Part shown: in pieces, positions 46,923 to 55,442 of the stretch
Layout: each line of letters opens with the position of its first letter
How positions within the stretch are numbered: the stretch's first letter is position 1
Sequence record: GQ981382
DNA: 64,000 bases
Origin: Shigella phage SP18
Strand: one strand, 5' to 3'
Program-made: the position numbers and the translations under genes
The notes under the pieces: model-generated
Databases searched by the model: none
Told to the model about the DNA's origin: nothing
Seen by the model: the letters and a program-made list of their open reading frames with translations, nothing else

Positions 46923-47447
46923 TTATGCGAGAACCGTCTTTAAACGCTCTTCAAACTTCTGAAGGAGTACCTGGCGCTCTGCTCTTTGTTTGGTATAGGT
47001 TTCAATACGCTCTGAAGTGAGATTGTATTGTTCATTAACTGATTCCCTCATGAATTCAGGAATCTCTTTACACGCCTTGATTTCATTGAACTTATCAAGC
47101 ACCGCTTGTTGTTCAGCAATCAGACCATCATAATATTGGATATCTGATTTGATGTTTTGTACATCAGATTCAGTAGGCATATTTTTCTTTGCTCTTGTCG
47201 CTTGATATTCTGCATTAGTCTCTCTTGACCAGAACAAAGAACGGTTTTTGTTGGTGTTTTTATACACATCAACAATACCAACTGAATCAACAGTCACAAT
47301 CCAGTTCCAGGCGTTTTTATAAGTCTGACCACCTGATACTGTAATCTCACCTGCACAAGCAACATCATTAAAGAACTTACTTTGTGCTTCTGATTTAAAA
47401 TTACCATTATTGTAATTAATCAGATTAAAGATTGATTTGGCTTCCAT
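46923..47447 (-). CDS. hypothetical protein
   Basis: 174 aa ORF downstream of promoter cassette. Confidence 0.55.
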   Translation of the reverse strand: MEAKSIFNLINYNNGNFKSEAQSKFFNDVACAGEITVSGGQTYKNAWNWIVTVDSVGIVDVYKNTNKNRSLFWSRETNAEYQATRAKKNMPTESDVQNIKSDIQYYDGLIAEQQAVLDKFNEIKACKEIPEFMRESVNEQYNLTSERIETYTKQRAERQVLLQKFEERLKTVLA

Positions 47448-47483
47448 TTTATTCTCCAGTATTTGGTAACTCAGTATGGGAAC

Positions 47484-47513
47484 ATTATACGTTTATCCCC
47501 ATACTATGTACAC
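47484..47513 (-). promoter_or_regulatory. early promoter (GTGTAC -35, TATAAT -10); near-identical copy at 48.06 kb
   Basis: GTGTACatagtatggggataaacgTATAATgttcccatactgagttacc. Confidence 0.6.
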
Positions 47514-47515
47514 AT

Positions 47516-47818
47516 TTAATTAAAAGTTCTTTCAGTATTTTCACCGCTGAACCAGACGCTCTTAACGGCTTGCTGTGCGCGATGGAGCTGCTCTGCCATA
47601 TAAACACCAAGGGCCTCAGCTTTACGCGTCCTGTGGGCTTCTGCGGCGACCATTTGCAGCTTATCCATCATGATAAGAGCTTTACATTTCTCCTTCAGAG
47701 CATATCGCTTCTTCTCTTCTGGAGTTTTGACCATTCCTCTTAACTTGTGCATTTTCAGCTTAAAATGGTCAGCAGATTTCAGACATGCCTCAATCATGTC
47801 AAGTTCATACTTTTTCAT
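47516..47818 (-). CDS. hypothetical basic protein
   Basis: 100 aa ORF. Confidence 0.5.
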   Translation of the reverse strand: MKKYELDMIEACLKSADHFKLKMHKLRGMVKTPEEKKRYALKEKCKALIMMDKLQMVAAEAHRTRKAEALGVYMAEQLHRAQQAVKSVWFSGENTERTFN

Positions 47819-47824
47819 AATTCC

Positions 47825-48019
47825 TCACTTGCGACGACGTTTTGGTAATGGCATTGCTTTACCTGCAGGGGTCAAAGTCACACGCAAAGCATTACCAATA
47901 CCAAGGGATGCTTTAACCAGACCTTTGGCTTTTAACTCACCAAATGCTTGACGTTGTTCAGGGTCACGAGTGTTAACCATCAGACCTTTTTCACCAGCAG
48001 CTTTGATTAATTCTAACAT
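47825..48019 (-). CDS. small hypothetical protein
   Basis: 64 aa ORF between two promoter cassettes. Confidence 0.45.
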   Translation of the reverse strand: MLELIKAAGEKGLMVNTRDPEQRQAFGELKAKGLVKASLGIGNALRVTLTPAGKAMPLPKRRRK

Positions 48020-48060
48020 TTTATTCTCCGTTTGTTTATTTGGTAACTCAGTATGGGAAC

Positions 48061-48090
48061 ATTATACGTCTATCCCCATACTATGTACAC
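48061..48090 (-). promoter_or_regulatory. early promoter (GTGTAC -35, TATAAT -10), paralogous cassette
   Basis: GTGTACatagtatggggatagacgTATAATgttcccatactgagttacc. Confidence 0.6.
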
Positions 48091-48333
48091 TACTTTATAT
48101 AATTTTTAATATCAATCCTGCCCTGGTAGTGCTTGGCAGTTTCCTTCATCTTTTCTATGTCGATACCAACAATCACCTCACATGATTGACTTCCATGATG
48201 GCGTTTAAAATGTTCAATCGCTTCTTCTCGCGTTTGTTTGGATACGCGAGGTCTCATATGATTCATAATGGCTCCTTAGTAAAAATTCATTATGCATCAA
48301 CAGAGACAAGTTTGTACACCTTTAAAATAAAAA

Positions 48334-48349
48334 GGACCCCGAGGGGTCC
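48334..48349 (-). terminator. hairpin (GGACCCC-gag-GGGTCC) with flanking A/T runs
   Basis: inverted repeat downstream of the nucleotidyltransferase region. Confidence 0.45.
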
Positions 48350-48592
48350 TTAGATTGCACTCCAAAAATTATGGAATCTTATAGTATTGATAGCCCAGTT
48401 AACAAACCTGCGAGTTTGCTTGGAAGTTGGTTTACATGTGTACTTGATATTGACCCGACGCCCAGTTTCCCGACAGACCGCTTCGAGATACCAGCGCCGA
48501 CCTTTATTGGGTCTTCCATATGATAAGAAGACCTTGATTTCCTGGTTATCGATAATAGGAATTGTGGTTGTCAAGATATACCTCTTCAACAA
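48350..48592 (-). CDS. small basic hypothetical protein
   Basis: 80 aa ORF overlapping 3' end of upstream gene by 47 nt. Confidence 0.4.
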   Translation of the reverse strand: MLKRYILTTTIPIIDNQEIKVFLSYGRPNKGRRWYLEAVCRETGRRVNIKYTCKPTSKQTRRFVNWAINTIRFHNFWSAI

Positions 48593-49556
48593 ACTTGTCC
48601 CAGAACTTCATGTCCACCTTCTCAGGCATACCATTCTTAGCGGCCCAGATAGCATTAGTTTCGACTTCATCAACGATAGCTTCAAGTTCGGCCTGCACAT
48701 CTTTAAAAGCATGAAGCCCTTGTTTGATTTCAAGGATAAATGGTGCTGTACGTAAAGGATATTGGAGGTCGCCAGTCATATAGATTTCCTTCAACTGGTA
48801 TCCAGCCCGATAAGCATGGCTCAGAGCTTTCCAGTCGATACCTTCATTAGCTTCAGCCTTACGAGCGCGCTCGCCATATTCCGCATCGAGCTTATTCAGA
48901 GATTGCTTGAGCTCGATTAAAGACAAGGTGGTTTGGTACTTACGTCCAAGAACAGTATAGAACGTTTGAGGACCAGTTTTCTCGTGGTTATGGAATACCC
49001 ATTCACAAAACTCGTTTTCAGGGAGTCTGTGTTTGATATCTTCTACCTTAGTTCGACGTTGCTTAGTCGAACCGTCTTCTTGATAATCGACCCACTGTTC
49101 AGGAATCTGGTTAACGATTGCCAGTACACCACGTAGAGCGGCCAGTCGAGAACCTTTAACACCATATTTGGAAGCTTGCTTACGGACATACCCCAAATAG
49201 GCTTTCATGTTGGTTGTATAGAACCGCGAACGGTTATCCTGAATAAACTTCCATACATCTGGTAAATCGGATTTGACAACCAGGTCAGCCGGTGTGTGAA
49301 TCATGTCCAGGGCAACGGTTTCGCCATCGGCTGCCAGTTTAAAGAAATATTTCAGACTATAAAGTTCATGGTCAACATCATCTTTTGTATTTTTGGTAGC
49401 CGTGTTATTCGTGTTCAGGTTTGTATGGTTCATCGCGGTTCCGAGCAGGATATCTCGCGGATGAGGAACGAAGATTTCTTTAAAATCAACATCAGATTCC
49501 GGAGTACTTGTTCCATAAAGGTGGGAGCCAAAATATCCCTTCATAACAGTTCTCAT
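48546..49556 (-). CDS. predicted nucleotidyltransferase (Pol-beta-like NTase fold)
   Basis: N-terminal YFGSHLYGTSTPESDVDF fits the NTase motif hG[GS]x9-13DhD; start chosen at MRTVMKGY (about 336 aa). Confidence 0.55.
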   Translation of the reverse strand: MRTVMKGYFGSHLYGTSTPESDVDFKEIFVPHPRDILLGTAMNHTNLNTNNTATKNTKDDVDHELYSLKYFFKLAADGETVALDMIHTPADLVVKSDLPDVWKFIQDNRSRFYTTNMKAYLGYVRKQASKYGVKGSRLAALRGVLAIVNQIPEQWVDYQEDGSTKQRRTKVEDIKHRLPENEFCEWVFHNHEKTGPQTFYTVLGRKYQTTLSLIELKQSLNKLDAEYGERARKAEANEGIDWKALSHAYRAGYQLKEIYMTGDLQYPLRTAPFILEIKQGLHAFKDVQAELEAIVDEVETNAIWAAKNGMPEKVDMKFWDKFVEEVYLDNHNSYYR

Positions 49557-50005
49557 TTTTTGTCCTCGAAGTGGATTACAGGGCACATCTTAGATTTACG
49601 AGCTTTAATGTATTGAATAACGATGTTTTCTTTAGTTTCCTTTCCTTCACGTTTGGCTAGAATACGTTGCCATTCCTTTTCTTCTTTACGTAAATCATAC
49701 CAGGACCATAAATTCATTAGACCATACATTAAACCAAATGCTACCGCCAGAATAAGAGCCAGTGTAGCTAGTCCTAAAATAAACCCTAAACCTAAACCAA
49801 CCGGGGTACTTAATACAAAGAAATGCTCTAATACACCAGCCCCCGCGACAGTGAATCCAAAAACCACACTACCGATAAAAATGGCACAAACAAAACAGGC
49901 CCAAACCATTTTCCAAAAGTAAGCACACAATGAGTGTGGACGAGAATGGCGGTCATAAAATTTATCGTGGAAACGAGCATGCCAAGAGTTTGCATTGATA
50001 ATCAT
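49553..50005 (-). CDS. membrane protein (multiple TM helices)
   Basis: 150 aa with long hydrophobic stretches. Confidence 0.55.
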   Translation of the reverse strand: MIINANSWHARFHDKFYDRHSRPHSLCAYFWKMVWACFVCAIFIGSVVFGFTVAGAGVLEHFFVLSTPVGLGLGFILGLATLALILAVAFGLMYGLMNLWSWYDLRKEEKEWQRILAKREGKETKENIVIQYIKARKSKMCPVIHFEDKK

Positions 50006-50015
50006 AATATTTTCC

Positions 50016-50576
50016 TTAAGAGTTCATAGTTGGGATAACCGAGTTCAGATAAGAGACTAAAACTTTTAGCTCGTCTTTAGTAAATACAACTTCACTTTCA
50101 CCGTCATGTCTTTGGACAATGGACAACAAGTCACGGCCGTTATGTTGATACACAGTCAGTTCAGTATTATAATCTAATTCCTCTTCATCGCCTTCAAACG
50201 TTTCGCTAGATCGAATCAGTGCGTCTTGACCAGGGACTTTCCATTCAACTTCTGGCTTGCATTCTTCCTGGAACAGTTTGAAAATACAATCAAAGAATTT
50301 ATCAGAATCGCTGATGCTCAGACATTTTTCATCTGTTTCAATATTAAACCCAGCGTCGTGCTTATAAATGCGAGCACATACATCGTCGGTAATATCAAAT
50401 ACACCACTAAAACTACCGTTAAGATATTCATCTTTATCCAAAACCATTAAATCATAAAGTGGTTTAATATCAGCGATAGTCAGTACGATTTTATCGTCTT
50501 CTTGACAAAGCTCAATTGCGTTATTAACTACTTCAGCGGTCAGTTCGCCAAACAATTCAGTTGTTTCAATAATCAT
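50016..50576 (-). CDS. hypothetical acidic protein
   Basis: 186 aa ORF. Confidence 0.55.
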   Translation of the reverse strand: MIIETTELFGELTAEVVNNAIELCQEDDKIVLTIADIKPLYDLMVLDKDEYLNGSFSGVFDITDDVCARIYKHDAGFNIETDEKCLSISDSDKFFDCIFKLFQEECKPEVEWKVPGQDALIRSSETFEGDEEELDYNTELTVYQHNGRDLLSIVQRHDGESEVVFTKDELKVLVSYLNSVIPTMNS

Positions 50577-50586
50577 TTTCTGTTCC

Positions 50587-50877
50587 TCAACGGTTATGTT
50601 TTAAAATACTATAAAGCGCTTCTACTTGGCTTGCATCCAGGTAAATAACATCATCATCTTGCTCAATGGAAATCCCGCCAGTATTACCTTTAACAAAATT
50701 ACATTCGCACACTTCAACTGGGCGGTATACGTCACCAACTGGATGCTCAGGCTCCAGAACAATCACACCATTTTCAGAATTACCACTTGGGTCATATAAC
50801 ATTACAGTTTCCTCGCTAACCATGAAAAGAATAAACCAATTAAAACAGGCCCTACAGCCATTGTTAACCAAGCCCAA
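50587..50877 (-). CDS. hypothetical protein
   Basis: 96 aa ORF. Confidence 0.45.
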   Translation of the reverse strand: MGLVNNGCRACFNWFILFMVSEETVMLYDPSGNSENGVIVLEPEHPVGDVYRPVEVCECNFVKGNTGGISIEQDDDVIYLDASQVEALYSILKHNR

Positions 50878-50893
50878 GGTTCAAGATAGTAAA

Positions 50894-51151
50894 TCATCTC
50901 ATGCTCCTGTGCCAGCAATTTCGTGGCTCACGTTTAAAAATTTTGTCGTGCATTGATTGACAACCAACACAATATATCACACCTTTAATCGCTTGTCTCC
51001 GCGCTTCAGGAATTTTTTCGTCGCAGTCAAAACAGAATTCAGCAGACTCCCTTTCAACTGCAACTTGCGCTCTCGCATGGGTGATAGCGGCTTGGACAAC
51101 CGCTTCCATCTCTAACTGTTCAGCACCATCTTTTGCAAATCCAACAGCCAT
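50894..51151 (-). CDS. DksA/TraR-family C4 zinc-finger protein
   Basis: 85 aa; CFDCDEKIP...CVGC C4 motif typical of TraR/DksA. Confidence 0.55.
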   Translation of the reverse strand: MAVGFAKDGAEQLEMEAVVQAAITHARAQVAVERESAEFCFDCDEKIPEARRQAIKGVIYCVGCQSMHDKIFKREPRNCWHRSMR

Positions 51152-51333
51152 TATTCTTTCAACTCATTCAGATACTCAACCAAGGCTGCTTTAGAGTTAG
51201 CCAAATCTCGTTTACACTGTTCTATTCCAGAATATGAATAACCTTCACAATATTCAACAGCCAGGTCATTGGATGCATTTTCAATGTGCCAGGCGAGTTT
51301 GATAATTTTTTCAATCTGTTCAGTAGTTAACAT
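51151..51333 (-). CDS. small hypothetical protein
   Basis: 60 aa ORF. Confidence 0.4.
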   Translation of the reverse strand: MLTTEQIEKIIKLAWHIENASNDLAVEYCEGYSYSGIEQCKRDLANSKAALVEYLNELKE

Positions 51334-51337
51334 AATA

Positions 51338-51574
51338 TCACCAGTATTTTTTGATGGTAGAAATTAATTCTTGGACTTGAGTGTTCTTCAGCTTGCACCC
51401 ACAACCTTTTAAGGTGTCTTTAAGGAGCCATGGTTCCTTGAGCTCGTCCTTTTCCAGGCGGATTCTATATCCTCTGTAATCAGCAAATATGCTTCCGTCA
51501 TCAAATATCTTAATTTCAAGAATATGATTATTGGTTTCATATTCCAATGAAACCATGGTATTTGTAAGTTTCAT
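51338..51574 (-). CDS. hypothetical protein
   Basis: 78 aa ORF. Confidence 0.45.
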   Translation of the reverse strand: MKLTNTMVSLEYETNNHILEIKIFDDGSIFADYRGYRIRLEKDELKEPWLLKDTLKGCGCKLKNTQVQELISTIKKYW

Positions 51575-51777
51575 TATTCCACCACATATGATAATGAGAA
51601 AATTGCTGATGAAAGATGGGTAGCATCTTCTTCACACAGTTCAAATGGAGCTTTCTGTAAGAGTTCAACCACTTCTTCATCAGTGGCACTGTCCATAAAG
51701 ATTGCATAATCATTAAGATAGATAACAACCTCATCACCAGTATTAACTGCATCAATCTTGATATTTTTAATTCTCAT
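51574..51777 (-). CDS. small hypothetical acidic protein
   Basis: 67 aa immediately downstream of promoter cassette. Confidence 0.5.
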   Translation of the reverse strand: MRIKNIKIDAVNTGDEVVIYLNDYAIFMDSATDEEVVELLQKAPFELCEEDATHLSSAIFSLSYVVE

Positions 51778-51805
51778 TGTGTTCTCCTCAGTAGTTGATG
51801 GGATA

Positions 51806-51835
51806 ATAGTACACCCTTTTTATGGTGTTGTAAAC
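51806..51835 (-). promoter_or_regulatory. early promoter (GTTTAC -35, TACTAT -10), near-identical to cassette at 20.05 kb
   Basis: GGTTTACaacaccataaaaagggtgTACTATtatcccatcaactactgaggag. Confidence 0.55.
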
Positions 51836-51878
51836 CCCCTAAATGAAAAAAGGTCCACCCGAAGGCAGACCTTTTGAA

Positions 51879-52262
51879 TTACTCTAATGTTAACAGATAC
51901 TTAGTCTGAAAGAAAACTCCAACGATATCGTCCAGGGTCGATTGAATAGCCTTGGGTACAACTTTATAGACTCTTTCCGAGCTTTTAATCATTTCATCTA
52001 AAAACAAAATTGTATCTTTCGGCAAGTCCGAGGCGGACGGTAATGCAGCTTTGTATTGTTTCCCGCTGTAACCTAACCATTGCTCACTGAACTGGTCGAG
52101 TGGACCTTGGATTTCTGTGAAGTAGAAATCATAAGCTTTATGGCGGGCGTAACTTTTGGTTTCAAGATGGGCGGACTTAAAATAAGCCAAAGAGACTAAC
52201 AACCACCCAATATATGAATCCACCTCAGACCCACGACCCGTTACGAAATCATCAAATTTCAT
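51879..52262 (-). CDS. hypothetical protein
   Basis: 127 aa ORF. Confidence 0.5.
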   Translation of the reverse strand: MKFDDFVTGRGSEVDSYIGWLLVSLAYFKSAHLETKSYARHKAYDFYFTEIQGPLDQFSEQWLGYSGKQYKAALPSASDLPKDTILFLDEMIKSSERVYKVVPKAIQSTLDDIVGVFFQTKYLLTLE

Positions 52263-52545
52263 CTTCCAATTTTACCTTCATTAATTTAGCGTACTCTCTC
52301 GCCGCAGCTTTACCATCGCTTTTGCAGGTAATTTCAGTTTCGCATTGGCTTTTGTTGTTCCATTCAGTCTTGATAAACGCCCAGAACTGTTCGGATTGGT
52401 GTACGCTTGGTTCTTTGAATTGCGAATAAATCTTCATCGCACTATCTGCATATTGGGTAAACTTCCCATCTGTTGCAGAGGACAGATTTGGACCTAAACA
52501 GCCCAGGATTATTAGACTTAATGAAAGTCCTCGAATAAGGTCCAT
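52252..52545 (-). CDS. lipoprotein of unknown function
   Basis: 97 aa; signal peptide with lipobox LGC. Confidence 0.5.
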   Translation of the reverse strand: MDLIRGLSLSLIILGCLGPNLSSATDGKFTQYADSAMKIYSQFKEPSVHQSEQFWAFIKTEWNNKSQCETEITCKSDGKAAAREYAKLMKVKLEDEI

Positions 52546-52617
52546 AAGGACTCCTATTGTTGGTCATGATTACGCTTTGCAGCCTTAACATAGCGGAATA
52601 CTAGTTAGTAACTGTAT

Positions 52618-52893
52618 TTATAGACGTTTAAAATTAAAGCAGTACTCTGAAAATAAACCTGCAAAATTACGTTCAACCCAGACCCGTTGTTTTGGACTGG
52701 TGACCGTTGACAAATAGTATGCTTGTTGCAGGCTTATTCCGTTTTTATTGGGGCACTCTTTGTTGAACGAGTGATAGGTACTTGCAACGATTTCGACTTC
52801 GCGCTCATACCTTTCCTGGTCCTGTTGCATAGGAACAAAAACCAAAACCAGGAATATCAAAATAGAGATATACGTCCAAACCTTGTATACCAT
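52618..52893 (-). CDS. membrane-anchored hypothetical protein
   Basis: 91 aa with N-terminal TM helix. Confidence 0.5.
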   Translation of the reverse strand: MVYKVWTYISILIFLVLVFVPMQQDQERYEREVEIVASTYHSFNKECPNKNGISLQQAYYLSTVTSPKQRVWVERNFAGLFSEYCFNFKRL

Positions 52894-52900
52894 GTGAACC

Positions 52901-53473
52901 TCAGCTTGTTAATTCGAGCCAATGTTTTCTGCACAAAGATACGTACGATTCATTCCCACCGACCAATACTTGCTCGCCGTCCTTTACAGCAGCACCGTCG
53001 ATTACTCGAGCGGTCATGGTTGCTTTCCGGCCGCAATGGCAGACGCCCTTTAATTCAACCAGTTTATCCGAAATAGCCAGAAGTCTGGCCGAACCGGGAA
53101 ATAATTGACCCCGAAAATCTGTTCTTAACCCGTAACACATAACGGGGATATTGTAATTATCAACCACTTGAGCTAACTGGTCAATTTGCTCTGGTAACAA
53201 AAATTGAGCTTCATCGACCAGGACACAATGGATATCCTTTTGAGACTCGGCCCATTTATAGAATTCAAACAGGTTCATGTCGGCCGTTACCAGGTTTGCT
53301 TCCTGGCTAATACCGATGCGTGATTTAATTTCGCCTTCCGAGTCCCGATTATCAATAACAGGTTTTAGCAAAAGCACACTCATTCCACGCTCTTTATAGG
53401 AATAAGCTGCAGTCAGCAATGAAGCTGTTTTGCCTGCATTCATTGCTGCGTAATGATAAATTAAACTCGCCAT
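52901..53473 (-). CDS. tk: thymidine kinase
   Basis: 190 aa; P-loop MNAGKT, VDEAQF box and C-terminal zinc-ribbon cysteines. Confidence 0.9.
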   Translation of the reverse strand: MASLIYHYAAMNAGKTASLLTAAYSYKERGMSVLLLKPVIDNRDSEGEIKSRIGISQEANLVTADMNLFEFYKWAESQKDIHCVLVDEAQFLLPEQIDQLAQVVDNYNIPVMCYGLRTDFRGQLFPGSARLLAISDKLVELKGVCHCGRKATMTARVIDGAAVKDGEQVLVGGNESYVSLCRKHWLELTS

Positions 53474-53482
53474 ATCACCTTC

Positions 53483-53668
53483 TTAAAGCGTATTCACATA
53501 AGCTATTAATTCGTTTTCTTTCGCATCAAATCGATTAGCAAATTCTTCCTGATGTTCGGCATCTATTGGACCGTATTCATCATAAAAGGCGTTTGCTTCT
53601 GTATGCTCATCCAAAAGCTCATGGATAAGCTCAAATAATCTACTTTTCTGACTAATGCTTAAACTCAT
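53483..53668 (-). CDS. small hypothetical acidic protein
   Basis: 61 aa ORF. Confidence 0.4.
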   Translation of the reverse strand: MSLSISQKSRLFELIHELLDEHTEANAFYDEYGPIDAEHQEEFANRFDAKENELIAYVNTL

Positions 53669-53892
53669 TTCGGTTCCCCATATCGCACAAATTTAGGATG
53701 TTCGCAATAACCAGAATGAAAACCTTCACCCTTATGATTGGAACACCCTTTATTGGAACAGTACCACCAGTAATCATATTCGCAATTCATTTCATCGTTG
53801 CATAAAGCTGCGATTACTGGCCATTCACATTTTTCACATTTGGCCGTTTTAAGAATTCGGGCTTGGCTCATAACCATTGCACCTTTAAGCAA
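53665..53892 (-). CDS. small Cys-rich zinc-binding-like protein
   Basis: 75 aa with about 9 cysteines (CEKCEW...CSNKGCSNH...CEHP). Confidence 0.45.
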   Translation of the reverse strand: MLKGAMVMSQARILKTAKCEKCEWPVIAALCNDEMNCEYDYWWYCSNKGCSNHKGEGFHSGYCEHPKFVRYGEPK

Positions 53893-54080
53893 TATTCTTC
53901 TACGTGCTGTTTACGTTTATTTTTATCTATAAAAGTATATTCAACATATTCACCGATATACCATTTATCAGTGTTGTGTTGACTTTTTATAGGACATTTG
54001 GTTACTCGAGTTTCGGTCCAGCGTCGAATAATTTCCGCTTTGTTTTTAGGGTCAAACGGATGTGGGTAATGTGCTTTCAT
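53868..54080 (-). CDS. small hypothetical protein
   Basis: 70 aa ORF. Confidence 0.4.
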   Translation of the reverse strand: MKAHYPHPFDPKNKAEIIRRWTETRVTKCPIKSQHNTDKWYIGEYVEYTFIDKNKRKQHVEEYCLKVQWL

Positions 54081-54531
54081 AATCCACCACTATTAAATCA
54101 ATGTCAGGAGTAAACATATCAATTAATTGAGATACCTTATCCCAATCACCACCAGCAATACCACAACCAATACGTGGAATATAAATTACCGGTTTAAACA
54201 AAAGGGTTTCTGCTTGTAGATTTAATTCTATCATACAATTTACTAAAGCGCCATAATCAAGATTAGGGCCTGGTTCGTATTGCGTATACAAGTTATAGCA
54301 CATGCCAAAACCTGTAGGCTTATGTTTAAAAACAATAGACATATCGCCTAATTTATCACGAGAACCGTATTCAGTAGTGGTTTTATCTATTTCTAAAACT
54401 TTTGGATAAGCCTTCGCCAACTGTCCAGCTACACCGGAACCCATTGTATGAAAGCAGTTGCAACCATGTGCAATAATATTGCCTTGAAGAAAGAGGGCGA
54501 CGATATCGCCCTTAATATACTGGGTAATCAT
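54052..54531 (-). CDS. macro-domain protein (ADP-ribose binding/processing fold)
   Basis: 159 aa; glycine-rich signatures (HGCNCFHTMGSGVAGQL; IGCGIAGGDW) typical of macro domains; called by eye. Confidence 0.55.
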   Translation of the reverse strand: MITQYIKGDIVALFLQGNIIAHGCNCFHTMGSGVAGQLAKAYPKVLEIDKTTTEYGSRDKLGDMSIVFKHKPTGFGMCYNLYTQYEPGPNLDYGALVNCMIELNLQAETLLFKPVIYIPRIGCGIAGGDWDKVSQLIDMFTPDIDLIVVDYESTLPTSV

Positions 54532-54887
54532 TTAGAGTTCAATCCTCTATTATATGAATCCACTAACCTGTCAACCATACTGGTGCAGGCCGCCTTGTAT
54601 TTTGCACTTGATAGAATGCAATCCATTTCAAATAATTTCTTTTCATATTTGTTGGATAATACATTCTTTTTCAAAAGCGTATGTTCAACATCATTTTGAC
54701 CATCTTTATAGGCTGCGGTGAGCTTGGCACTGAACTGGATTATACAATCCACATTGCTTGCTGCGCAATAATCTTTAGCCGTCCTCGTTGCATATTCTAT
54801 GATGCTGTTGTTGTCGTCGCTCTGTACTGAAGCTATTCCTCCCATGCTGAATACTAACCCTATGACTAAAGTGATAACTCTTACCAT
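54528..54887 (-). CDS. secreted/periplasmic protein (Vs position)
   Basis: 119 aa with cleavable signal peptide. Confidence 0.5.
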   Translation of the reverse strand: MVRVITLVIGLVFSMGGIASVQSDDNNSIIEYATRTAKDYCAASNVDCIIQFSAKLTAAYKDGQNDVEHTLLKKNVLSNKYEKKLFEMDCILSSAKYKAACTSMVDRLVDSYNRGLNSK

Positions 54888-54889
54888 TT

Positions 54890-55432
54890 TTAATCCACCG
54901 TTTTTAATAGGCCTCGTGATTTTAAGTAGTTAGCTTTTTCTAGGACCTGTGAAGCATACTTATTACCAGCTTTCACATTCCATCCTGCGTTATATGATGA
55001 TAGCGTTTTTCTTATATCCCCCTTATGAATATTCAACCAGTATGAAAGCTCAATATAAGCCCAGCGTGCACTGTTCTCTCTCTTGCTTATCATCTTGATT
55101 ATTTCTTTATCTGTCATTGTCCACCCAACCTGTTTCACTCGTTCGCGTACGGTTGGAAGATAATTTTGGAATATACCATATGCATGATGCTTATCTTTAT
55201 TTAATCCAGTATTAACCCCAGCAGAACTTTCCTGCCAGGTTAAACCAGCCATGATATATCCCAAACCATTACGTTGGTGTGGATTTTCTTTGTACTTGCC
55301 ATTTTTCTGGAACTGTTCTCCAAACGCATAAGCATATTGAAGGTTCTCCATTTGTTCATTACTGAAAGTAGGCTCTACGCTATGGGCAGACATACTAACT
55401 GTCAATAGTAAGGTGGCGATTACTTTTTTCAT
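54890..55432 (-). CDS. secreted lysozyme-like / lytic transglycosylase-like protein (tentative)
   Basis: 180 aa with signal peptide; weak SLT-like E-S ... GIFQ motifs. Confidence 0.45.
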   Translation of the reverse strand: MKKVIATLLLTVSMSAHSVEPTFSNEQMENLQYAYAFGEQFQKNGKYKENPHQRNGLGYIMAGLTWQESSAGVNTGLNKDKHHAYGIFQNYLPTVRERVKQVGWTMTDKEIIKMISKRENSARWAYIELSYWLNIHKGDIRKTLSSYNAGWNVKAGNKYASQVLEKANYLKSRGLLKTVD

Positions 55433-55442
55433 GAATTCCCCA

